A DNA stretch of 41,391 nt from Octopus bimaculoides (Eukaryota): contig NC_069001.1 of the NCBI RefSeq assembly GCF_001194135.2, forward strand, positions 37,662,429 through 37,703,819, written 5' to 3'. Below the pieces are notes generated by a model that saw nothing but the letters and a program-made list of their open reading frames with translations, did not search any database and was not told the origin of the DNA. Every line of letters starts with the position of its first letter. The first letter of the stretch is position 1. Made by a program: the position numbers and the translations under genes. This document shows, piece after piece, positions 23,500 to 33,358 of this stretch.

Positions 23500-23553
23500 C
23501 CAGAAATATCCCTGGCACAATAATGGAAACATGGGTACGTTTGAATTTGTCAT
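23500..23553 (-). CDS. ABCC1-like: ABCC/MRP first coding exon (18 aa)
   Basis: ccaacc-ATG ACA..TTC TGG|gtaagt encodes MTNSNVPMFPLLCQGYFW. It ends in W at phase 0, like MRP1 exon 1 (MALRGFCSADGSDPLW|). A second in-frame ATG is at 23532. Confidence 0.75.
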
Positions 23554-24330
23554 GGTTGGGTAAATTGGTAAATATGAAACGTATGTTTGCGAGTGACGGT
23601 CGTATATGACCTCTCCGATCAGCACATATTTATTTCCACTAATCAAACATTAAAAGCACAGCAACAAGGGCAACTAAGCTGTTGTTATTCCTCTTTATCA
23701 TAAAAGAGACTCCTATTTTGCGTTTTTTTTATTTTTTATCATAGTTTCCGTTTGTTTCTGAATATTAACCACCACCATCCTCTGTCTCACCTTCTTGGTC
23801 CTCTCCACCACCACCGCCGCCTCTCTCACTCCACCACACCGCCACGCCGNNNNNNNNNNNNNNNNNNNNNNNNNNNNNNNNNNNNNNNNNNNNNNNNNNN
23901 NNNNNNNNNNNNNNNNNNNNNNNNNNNNNNNNNNNNNNNNNNNNNNNNNNNNNNNNNNNNNNNNNNNNNNNNNNNNNNNNNNNNNNNNNNNNNNNNNNNN
24001 NNNNNNNNNNNNNNNNNNNNNNNNNNNNNNNNNNNNNNNNNNNNNNNNNNNNNNNNNNNNNNNNNNNNNNNNNNNNNNNNNNNNNNNNNNNNNNNNNNNN
24101 NNNNNNNNNNNNNNNNNNNNNNNNNNNNNNNNNNNNNNNNNNNNNNNNNNNNNNNNNNNNNNNNNNNNNNNNNNNNNNNNNNNNNNNNNNNNNNNNNNNN
24201 NNNNNNNNNNNNNNNNNNNNNNNNNNNNNNNNNNNNNNNNNNNNNNNNNNNNNNNNNNNNNNNNNNNNNNNNNNNNNNNNNNNNNNNNNNNNNNNNNNNN
24301 NNNNNNNNNNNNNNNNNNNNNNNNNNNNNN

Positions 24331-24632
24331 NTTCTTTGTAAGCCTAGTACATATTTTATTAGTCTCTTTTGCCGAACCGCTAAGTTACGGGAACGTAAAC
24401 ACACCAGTATCGGTTGCCAAGCGATGGGGGGGGGGGACACAGACACACAAGTATGCACACACACACACATATATATATACGACAGGCTTCTTTCAGTTTC
24501 CATCTACCAAACCCATTCACAAAGCATTGGTTGGCCTGAGGCTATAATAGAAGACACTGGCTCAAGGTGCCATGCAGTGAGACTGAACCTGGACCCATGT
24601 GGTTAGTAAGCAAGCTACTTACCACACAGAGA
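24331..24632 (-). mobile_element. Composite SINE D+F with an internal (TA/TG)n
   Basis: D head (GTGGTAAGTAGCTTGCTT..GGTTCAGTC) joined through a CA/TA tract to the F body (CGTAACTTAGCGGTTCGGCAAA). Confidence 0.85.
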
Positions 24633-24761
24633 CTCATATATATATATTATTTCTTTATATGTTTCAGCCCTGAGGCTGTGGCCATGCTGGGGCAACGCCT
24701 GTGTGTGTATGTGTATATGCATATATATGTGTGTGAGTGTGTTTGTATATATATGTGTGTG

Positions 24762-24815
<54 letters not shown>

Positions 24816-25153
24816 TATATATTATATNNNNNNNNNNNNNNNNNNNNNNNNNNNNNNNNNNNNNNNNNNNNNNNNNNNNNNNNNNNNNNNNNNNNNNNNN
24901 NNNNNNNNNNNNNNNNNNNNNNNNNNNNNNNNNNNNNNNNNNNNNNNNNNNNNNNNNNNNNNNNNNNNNNNNNNNNNNNNNNNNNNNNNNNNNNNNNNNN
25001 NNNNNNNNNNNNNNNNNNNNNNNNNNNNNNNNNNNNNNNNNNNNNNNNNNNNNNNNNNNNNNNNNNNNNNNNNNNNNNNNNNNNNNNNNNNNNNNNNNNN
25101 NNNNNNNNNNNNNNNNNNNNNNNNNNNNNNNNNNNNNNNNNNNNNNNNNNNNN

Positions 25154-25204
<51 letters not shown>

Positions 25205-25297
25205 ACACACACAAACACACACACACACCTGTAGAGAGAAAACAAATGTACGATTGTATGTATGTATCTATGTATGTAAAGCAGGTGGCTTAGAGAG

Positions 25298-26460
25298 GCC
25301 ATAGGGGTATCAAATTGCTGGACCAGTTCATGTAAGCCATGGGAACAGTTACAGTTGAACTAAGCAGGAAGGGAGTTGGCCTAAAAGAGATACAGTTTGG
25401 CTTTGTGCCTGGAAGAAGTACTACTAATGCTCTCTAACCAAATGTAAACTACTGTATTCACTCTCCTGGAGAAAGTCTTTGACAGGGTCCATTGTTCCCT
25501 GATCTGGTGGTTGCTGCATAAGCTAGGAGTAGATGAATGACTGATGAGAGCCATGGGAGCATGTAAAGGGGCCACTGTTGGTAAGGTGAAAGCTAACAAA
25601 GAGTACAGCAGTGAATGTGGTGTGTTGGTAGAGTTGAACGGGGCTCAGTTCTCTGTCTCCTCCTATTTAGCATAGTCTTCCATGCCTTAAGAGAGGGATT
25701 TAAAACTGGGAACTCCTCTATATTGATGACTTTGTTCTTATCACTGAATCTGCAATAGAATTAGAAAGGAAATCCTGGATGTGCAAACATAACGTGGGCC
25801 TTAAAGTTAATTAAGCAAAGACCAGAATTATAATAGGCAAGAAAACAGATGAGATGCTGATCCCTTCTGGAAAAGGGCCCTATTTGATATTTAGAAAAAT
25901 TATAATTAGAAATTTTATATGGTATACCCAGTGCAGACTATGGATACATAAGAAGTGCAGTGAAATCACATGAAGGTTGACAGAAAAAGTAAAGTTTTTT
26001 TTTTTAAGGCAGATGTACAGGAATAATAAACACTAAGAACAGACAACAAATGAATATTTTTGAATGCCCAGAACAATCCTTTCTTTTATGTAGGTCACCT
26101 AATTAGTGGTGGAGGAGGATGTTCTGATAGTGTAGATCAGCTGGAAAAACTTCAAAGAACCAGCTGAAAAAAATTCAAAGAGCTATTACCTCAGTTGACA
26201 ACAAAAGGTAAATGGCAGATTGTATGATGCTTGTGTTTGAACGGAGAAGCTCTGGCAAGAAACGAAACAAGCCTGCTATGTTAGTGTGCATGTATGACAG
26301 TGCAAATGCATTGCGAGGAAAATTGGGCATAAGAGGCATCAGACGTAGTGCAAGGGAACAAAGATACTGCTTATATGACCACACCAATGGGTCAATGGGT
26401 GTGTAAAATATAAGAGGTCTTTTCTGTCACAACTTGTATAATGTGTGTTTGTGTGAGTTG
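25298..26460 (+). mobile_element. Decayed RTE-clade LINE RT fragment with a PHD-like insert
   Basis: YRGIKLLD, QFGFVPGRST, LEKVFDRV, LLYIDD, GLKVN; then PSGKGP..TQCRLWIHKKCS at about 25862-25970. Confidence 0.8.
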
Positions 26461-26756
26461 TAAATGAGTGTAACTGCCATACAAGTGGTGTTGTTTGTTT
26501 CCAATCTTTGGCGAAAGCATAGCCTGTCATGTGGAAATATTCGTTGTTGAGAATAAGGGAAAGTTGGTGAGAAGAAGAGTAGGGTTAGGGTTAGAAAATC
26601 AGACTCAACGAAATTGGTTTGACTCCTCAAAGCATGCAACAGTAGGCATTAAGCATGACAACACACACACACTCACACACACACATACATGCATGTACAC
26701 ACACACACACATATGCATGTATGTGCGTTTATAAATATGTAAATATACATGCATAC

Positions 26757-26787
<31 letters not shown>

Positions 26788-27292
26788 AGGAGAGGGATGG
26801 AGAGAGAGAGAAAGAGAAGGCGAGAGGGATGGAAAGAGAGTGAGAAAGAAAGAGAGAGAGACAGCTAGATAGATAGATGGACAGACAGATAGATATTTAA
26901 AAAAATTAAGAGTAAATTTAGATAAAAAAAAAGAGAAAAAGAAGAAAATTCTTTGAAAAATTTATCATGGAAAAAATGTTAGTATTAACATTTTTGACTG
27001 AGCAGTTACAGCATTCAATCACTCTAAGAAGGTCATCAAGACATGCTGAAATGAAAGGAAAAGATAAAGTGAAATGAATGAACAGTTTTGAAAGTTTACA
27101 TAATTTTCTCATAAAAATCACAAAGTGCTCAATTTTGCTTCCTTCTGATTGTTGCTGGGTAACAGTTGACAGCAGCAGCAGCAGGCTGTTTGTGAAAGTA
27201 GCAGCAGGGGCAGTTGTCAGTGGTAACTGCAAAAGCAGAGACAGCAGTAAGAACCTGGGCCCCCAATGGCCATAGAGGTTGTCCATCTAACT

Positions 27293-27573
27293 CAGTGGTT
27301 CCCAAACTTTTACAAGCTGCCGCCCCCTTTAATACCCAGGCCACATTCCTAGTGCCCCCACCCCAACTAACCATCACAAACATAGACCTCTTTCTGAAGC
27401 AAATTCAAAGCAACTGTATTTCACAAATAAAACATAACCTTATGAACCCATTATTTTGTTGGTTTTACATGAACAGCTACCCCATTGTTGCCCCCCCCTT
27501 TCTTTAATGCCCCTTTGGAATTTTCAATTCCCCCCAGGGGGCGGGGCAATACCGCTCACTTTGGGAACCACTG
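27293..27573. mobile_element. hAT MITE, 281 bp
   Basis: Perfect 14-bp TIRs CAGTGGTTCCCAAA / TTTGGGAACCACTG and a perfect 8-bp TSD ATCTAACT (27285-27292, 27574-27581). Confidence 0.95.
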
Positions 27574-27864
27574 ATCTAACTGGTAGTCATTGTTATGGTG
27601 AACTTCCAGAACTGATATAATGAAAGATTAACTCATTTGAAATTCAATTTATTTTCCTTTTATTTCACCATGATTAGATCATCTTGACTCAATTGAAACC
27701 AGTAGCGGCTTAGTTAAAAATGTAAACATTGTCTTACTTTTTTTCTGTGACAAAGTTCTCAAAATATTTTCTCCTTTTTATCTTTTCAATATATGCATAT
27801 GCACCTAAACTCACCCACCTCCTTATCTACCTACCTACCTACCTACATATTTAAAAAATTATAG

Positions 27865-28290
27865 GTGTGTCTGTGTGGTAAGAAGTTTGCTTCCCAGCCA
27901 CATGGTTCCTGGTACCCTCCCACTGCATTGCACCTGAAGCAAGTGTCTTCTATCTCAGCCCTGAGCTAACAGAAACCTGACAAGTGAATTTGTGAAACAG
28001 AAACTGAAAGAACCCTTTTGTAGATGTGTGTGTGTGTATGTTTTCAGGGGTGGACCCAAAGAGGGGGGAATATGTGTCCTCCTTCCCCCCAGAAAAGCAG
28101 TGCACCCTTCTAAATAATGTTATTACACCCTTTTCTCCTGAAATTGTATTCCCTTCTGACCTTGTGCCCTCTCTTCAAAACATTTGTGCTACTGGCCCTG
28201 GTGTGTGTGTGTGTGTGTGTAACAAAATAAGTCCTGGGATTGATTTGTTCAACTAAACCCTTCAAGGTGGTGCTCCAGCATGGCCACAGT
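27865..28290 (+). mobile_element. Composite SINE D+F, interrupted
   Basis: D head 27865-28020, unrelated insert, then (GT)n and F tail AAGTCCTGGG..GCTCCAGCATGGCC. Confidence 0.7.
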
Positions 28291-28294
28291 TAAT

Positions 28295-28410
28295 CTTTAT
28301 TTTGTACAACGGTCGTTTTGACCCACCCTGCTACTGTCCCTTATGGGTGGGACTCCTTTCAACATGCTGTCTTGCAGTCTGGGTCTCATCAGGTACATCT
28401 ATACATAAAG
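28295..28410 (-). ncRNA. Type I hammerhead ribozyme motif with extended stem II (G12 mutated)
   Basis: Minus strand CTTTAT..TGTAC-CTGATGA-GACCC[56 nt]GGGTC-AAAA-CG-AC-CG-TT-GTACA..ATAAAG; all three stems pair. Confidence 0.7.
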
Positions 28411-28685
28411 CTTTGTGTCTCACTAAAGATCCTGAGTTCTGGCTGTCATGTTGTTATATAACGACTGTTGTTCAAAATAAAGATCAATATCAAATCCATT
28501 TTCTGGTAACTCAAGAAATTATTATTATTATCTCAACTAACACTGTGAAATTCCTGAAGTAGATCCAATGGAGATATACCCCGACTGTGGATGACACCAG
28601 GTAGCCCCAAACGGTGCCAGCGCTTTACTCAACACTAATTGACATTTACCCATTAGTCAAAATAAAATTAAATACACACACACTA

Positions 28686-28865
28686 TACCAGAGTAAGCAC
28701 ATAAATGCGAAACAAAGGGGAAAAATAGGACTCGAATACCAGAGGTAGAGTAATATGCTTTATTGAAAAGCAGCAGAAACATCACAAAAACTGTCCAACG
28801 AACGGGAACATGAAACTGAATAACAGTTTTTGTGATGTTTTTGCTGCTTTTTAATAATAAAGTAT
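28686..28865. mobile_element. Family G inverted arrangement (35-bp arms)
   Basis: TTATTGAAAAGCAGCAGAAACATCACAAAAACTGT versus ACAGTTTTTGTGATGTTTTTGCTGCTTTTTAATAA, 33/35 paired. Confidence 0.7.
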
Positions 28866-28871
28866 ATATAT

Positions 28872-29015
28872 ATAACAGGCTTCTTTCAGTTTCCGTCTGC
28901 CAAACCCATTCACAAGGCTTTGGTGGCCTGAGGCTATAGTAGAATACACTTGCCCAAGTTGTCACACAGTGGGACTGAACCCAGAACCAAGTGATTGGGA
29001 AGCAAGCTTCTTATC
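28872..29015 (-). mobile_element. SINE family D
   Basis: GGCTTCTTTCAGTTTCCGTC..CACTTGCCCAAG..GTGGGACTGAACC..GGGAAGCAAGCTTCTT. Confidence 0.85.
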
Positions 29016-29839
29016 GCTCAGCAACGCGAACATTTGGTAACTGGCAACCAAACAATGTTTCTATGACCTCGTAATTACAAAAGGCTATTTCAAACAGTTA
29101 TAGGCAGCAATAACAATTAGCTGTAATTATTGCTAACTCTGAGGCCAATTATTATTACAATCTAATTGGCGGGTGTAATTGCTCAAGATATCGAACGAGG
29201 GGAAACAACTCTTTCTATACTTAACCCGACCAAACACCAACTTTTAGCCAAAGAAAATATACATTGTATTTGTCATTCACATAACATGCAAGATCGTTGC
29301 TAACATTTGTATTTTATCAACTTCTATGTGAATTACAGAGATTTTTCGATTTAAGAACATGAAAATGTGAATTCGTATGACATAATGACAAAATGACGAA
29401 AAATGTGTTGGTGTTCCTCAGGCAACATAGCTGTGGTCTAGTACTAGATTAGCAAAAAAAGAAAAAATATAAAATGACATGAAACTGAATCTACCAATAA
29501 TAGGGATTGTACAGAAAATTATTTGGCTATCTTGACAGACAGAAACGAAATTCAACCAGGATGTCTATTATATTTGAGTAGATTCGACAGAAACACGCCA
29601 TCTTCTCAAGTTACGAAGTAATAGTAATTTTATTCCAACTGAAGAACAGGAAATGTCAAGTAAAGACCTCATCATTGATTATGTGAAAATGAATGTAAGT
29701 TGTAGCATTGTAAGAAGATATTTAACAACATTTGAAACTTATTTACTGAAAGCAAAGGGTTAAGAAGTAGGTTTTGAATTTAGAATAAATGGAAATATCT
29801 GAAAATTTCGGATATTTATCCACATTTGACGAAACATAG

Positions 29840-30295
29840 AATTATATCTTTATTCAAATTTCAATGTAAACAAACAGAAGAGAGAGGTAAGAAAGTGGGG
29901 AGTAAAGCAGCAGATGAAGTGCGGGGAGCGATGGACCACATACCCAAGAACAAGTGAGGTGTGCATCCACAACCGACGGTAATAATCGCGATGGGGGGGN
30001 NNNNNNNNNNNNNNNNNNNNNNNNNNNNNNNGGGGGGGGGGGGGTGAGTGGCCAGAGACACTCGCAGCAGCAGCAGCAGCGCAACTCCAACCCGCGGGGC
30101 TCGTTTCTCCGTCGTTGTTCCTATTTTGCGGAGGAAACCGGTAGTACGGGTTCCGAGAGCACCTGACGTCTCGATGGCGACCGGCAAAGGCCGATAACGG
30201 TCGGTCAGCCCCCTGTATTTATTGATTTTTCTCTCCGCGTTACTGAAGACAAGCAGCCACTAGGTTGGAACCGTATCCATGGCTACATGTTTCTA
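29840..30295 (-). mobile_element. CRE-like RLE retrotransposon 3' end
   Basis: In-frame AERKINKYRGLTDRYRPLPVAIETSGALG..FLRKIG..LLRVSLA matches the RLE tail motif AE..K..KY..L...Y.F.P.A.ET.G..G; minus-strand AATAAA at 29849-29854. Confidence 0.75.
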
Positions 30296-30301
30296 GAGGC
30301 A

Positions 30302-30370
30302 TCACATGACGTAAACTGACCAATGGACATCCAATAATTCTACTTCCGCCAAGTCATTATTCCGGAAATG
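30302..30370 (+). promoter_or_regulatory. ZNF unit 1 promoter module
   Basis: TCACATGAC (30302), CCAAT (30320, 30331), ACTTCCG (30342), TTCCGGAA; the same order recurs at 35536 and 40951. Confidence 0.65.
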
Positions 30371-30471
30371 TTTCACCATTCCCCTTACTTTAAATATTCC
30401 AACGTGGATGGTTGAGACTCTGGTGTTGTTCTCTTCCAAGACTGTTCTCTGAACCCAATTCTTTTGACAAG
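30371..30471 (+). other. Probable non-coding first exon of ZNF unit 1
   Basis: Donor AAG|GTATGT at 30471/30472; a second candidate donor GAG|GTATTT at 30786/30787 is conserved in unit 3. The start site is not determinable from sequence. Confidence 0.5.
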
Positions 30472-30599
30472 GTATGTATAAATAAATATTGAGAGAGGCC
30501 ATGTGCCTCTGCCCATTTCAGTCTAACGAGTTGCCTACACAGCTAAGCGATTTATAGGTGCAAAACTAATGGTCACTATGACCGACAATAACATACAAC

Positions 30600-30636
<37 letters not shown>

Positions 30637-30994
30637 GTAATTCTTTATTTTGACGTCCACTCACAAAAGTTACAAACAATCTACAACATTTCTTAACCAA
30701 CAAATGGAAGCTGATGATGGACAAAGAAGACTAAGCTACTTTCTACCTATTCAAACGTCACCTCTACTCATCTAGAATTATACGAGGTATTTCTTTGGTT
30801 TAATGGTGTTGTTTTCATCGTTCACCAATAAGTAATGTTTGATTATAACGTACCATCTTCACATCGCCAAATTATAGCTGGTATCGGGTTGGCAACCATA
30901 GAAGAATATATTTGTTATTATTGTTGTTGTCATCGACTTGATTTTATTTAATCGTTACGGGTCCTTTATAAGCCTATAAGTTGTTGTTTCTCCA

Positions 30995-31150
30995 ACTGTA
31001 GCATTTCAGCCGACTTTACGGTCTTAGTTCAAATTCCGCCGAGGTCGACCTTACTTTTCATCTTTTCTCTGTCAATAAAAGAAGTCAACGTAATCGACTT
31101 ACTCGCACCCACGAACTTGCTGGCCTTGTGCCAAAATTTGAAACCAATAT
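30995..31150 (+). mobile_element. SINE family B
   Basis: GTTCAAATTCCGCCGAGGTCGACC..GGCCTTGTGCCAAAATTTGAAACC. Confidence 0.75.
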
Positions 31151-31236
31151 CTCACGGTCTCCTGTAGACCTCCACAGAAAGTTGTCTAATGCAATTTTAA
31201 TAACGACTTAAAGGAAATGCAATCATTAACTTAAAC

Positions 31237-31352
31237 GGGTACTACTTAAATACAGAGATCCCGACGCATCTACCTAAACCTCGAACGAGTTTGCAGTGTA
31301 AAAGCATAGCGTTACGTAGATGCATCGGAACTTCTGTATTTAAGTAGTGCCC
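31237..31352. mobile_element. Hairpin MITE-like element (37-bp arms)
   Basis: 31237-31273 versus 31316-31352, 32/37 complementary, GGG/CCC termini. Confidence 0.75.
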
Positions 31353-31460
31353 TTACATGTTTATATTTGCAGTTTATCAATAGAAATGCTGTAAATTTTT
31401 TACTGTTGACTCTACTTTTAAATATCCCCTATATCTTACACTGTTTCTTTATTATTTCAG

Positions 31461-31984
31461 AAATATCAGATGACACTGGCATTAAAAAAAAAAAAGAATT
31501 TTATTACTTTGGCTACATCATCAATATTTAGCATGGCTGGCCGGCAACGTATTTTTCTGCAGTATATGGATAATTTATCCTGATCGCGCTATTTATAGCA
31601 TTATCTCGCGTTTGAGAAATAAATTTATTTCTGTATCTTACAATGTTTAGCATATTTTAAACACTAAAAGAAGACATTATCCACAGACGATATAACCCAG
31701 TTTAGATAAATCTATGGTGGATTGACTGAAATATTTCCTCCAAACTCGAGAATCTCAACAAGTTTTTTCTCAATTTCACTGTCTGGAATATTAGAGGAAT
31801 ATTTTGTATTTTAATGGTAATGACAACACAAATATTTGTAAGGATTAAAAGGCAAAACTGAACAGATAAGAATATCTACATAATTGAGAGAAAAAAAATT
31901 ATTTTGGCAAATGAATTCTGTGAAAACAAAGTTAATTGCAAAACAGTAAAATAAGATTGATTTTTTTTTTTTTTTCCTGATGGG
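31461..31984 (+). other. 5' UTR part of the ZNF coding exon
   Basis: Acceptor ctgtttctttattatttcag| at 31460; the acceptor and about 60 nt of intron are conserved at 38117. Confidence 0.65.
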
Positions 31985-33358
31985 ATGCTGAAAGAGAGAA
32001 GGAAACCATCATACGACTGTGATATCTGTAAAATGTCTTTATCTCAGGAAGATAACTTAACTCCTCAAGACAATTTTCACACAAGGGAAAAGCTATATCA
32101 CTGTGGTAAATCATTCTCTAAAAATTATCATGTAACCACTCACAAAAGCATTCATACAGGAGAGAAATCATATCACTGTGATGTCTGTAGTAAATCATTT
32201 TCTAGAAATTGTGACTTAACTGCACATAAACGTATTCATACAGGAGAGAAACCATATCAGTGTGATATCTGTGGTAAATCATTCTCTCTAAATAATCCCT
32301 TAACTATTCACAAACGTATTCATACTGGAGAGAAGCCATATCACTGTGATATCTGTGGTAAATCGTTTTCTGGAAGTAGTAACTTAACTAAACACAAACG
32401 TATTCATACAGGAGATAAACCATATCACTGCGATATTTGTGGTAAATCATTCTCTCTAAATAATCCCTTAACTATTCACAAACGTATTCATACAGGAGAG
32501 AAGCCATATCACTGTGATATCTGTGGTAAATCGTTTTCTGGAAGTAGCGATTTAACTAAACACAAACGTATTCATACAGGAGAGAAACCATATCACTGCA
32601 ATATTTGTGGTAAATCTTGCTCTACAAGTAGTGACTTAATTAAACACAAACGTGTTCACACAGGAGAAAAACCGTTTCAGTGTGATATATGTGGTAAAGC
32701 TTTCTCTCAAACTGGAAAATTAATTACTCACAAATACATTCATACTGGAGAAAAACCGTATCACTGTGATGTCTGTGGTAAATCATTCTCTCAAGGATGT
32801 AACTTAACTACTCACAAACGTATTCATACAGGAGAGGAACCGTATCATCATTGTAATATCTGTGGTAAATCATTCCCTAGAAAAAGTGACTTAACTAGAC
32901 ACCAACGTATTCATACAGGGGAGAAGCCATATCCCTGTGAAATCTGTGGTAAATCATTCACTCAAAATAGTGACTTAGCTAAACACAAGCATGTTCATAC
33001 AGGAGAGAAACCATATCAGTGTGATATCTGTAATAAATTGTTCTCTTATTCATCAAACTTAACCAGTCATATACGTAGCCATACAGGAGAGAAGCCATAC
33101 AATTGTGATATCTGCGGTAGATCATTCTCTGGAAGTAGTAACTTAACGAGACACCTGCGTATTCATTCAGGTGAGAAGCTGTATCACTGTGAGGTCTGTG
33201 GTAAATCATTCTCTGAAAGTAGTGTCTTAACCACTCATAAACGTGTTCATACAGGAGAGAAGCCATTCCCCTGTGATGTCTGTGGTAAATCATTCACTAT
33301 TAGTAGTTGCCTTAGCAGACACAAACGTATTCACACAGGAGGAAAGTCACATGGCTGA
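31985..33358 (+). CDS. Poly-C2H2 zinc-finger protein, 457 aa (14 canonical and 2 degenerate fingers, no recognisable effector domain)
   Basis: Uninterrupted ORF of CxxC-x12-HxxxH repeats joined by TGEKP linkers. Confidence 0.96.
   Translation: MLKERRKPSYDCDICKMSLSQEDNLTPQDNFHTREKLYHCGKSFSKNYHVTTHKSIHTGEKSYHCDVCSKSFSRNCDLTAHKRIHTGEKPYQCDICGKSFSLNNPLTIHKRIHTGEKPYHCDICGKSFSGSSNLTKHKRIHTGDKPYHCDICGKSFSLNNPLTIHKRIHTGEKPYHCDICGKSFSGSSDLTKHKRIHTGEKPYHCNICGKSCSTSSDLIKHKRVHTGEKPFQCDICGKAFSQTGKLITHKYIHTGEKPYHCDVCGKSFSQGCNLTTHKRIHTGEEPYHHCNICGKSFPRKSDLTRHQRIHTGEKPYPCEICGKSFTQNSDLAKHKHVHTGEKPYQCDICNKLFSYSSNLTSHIRSHTGEKPYNCDICGRSFSGSSNLTRHLRIHSGEKLYHCEVCGKSFSESSVLTTHKRVHTGEKPFPCDVCGKSFTISSCLSRHKRIHTGGKSHG

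Noticed and set aside
26918-27286. 122-aa minus-strand ORF as an ABCC upstream exon or separate gene
   Set aside because: It is low-complexity, has no recognisable motif or splice signals, and starts beside a hAT MITE.
32979-33293. Antisense ORF (and 38665-38970)
   Set aside because: It is the shadow of the periodic zinc-finger codons on the opposite strand.
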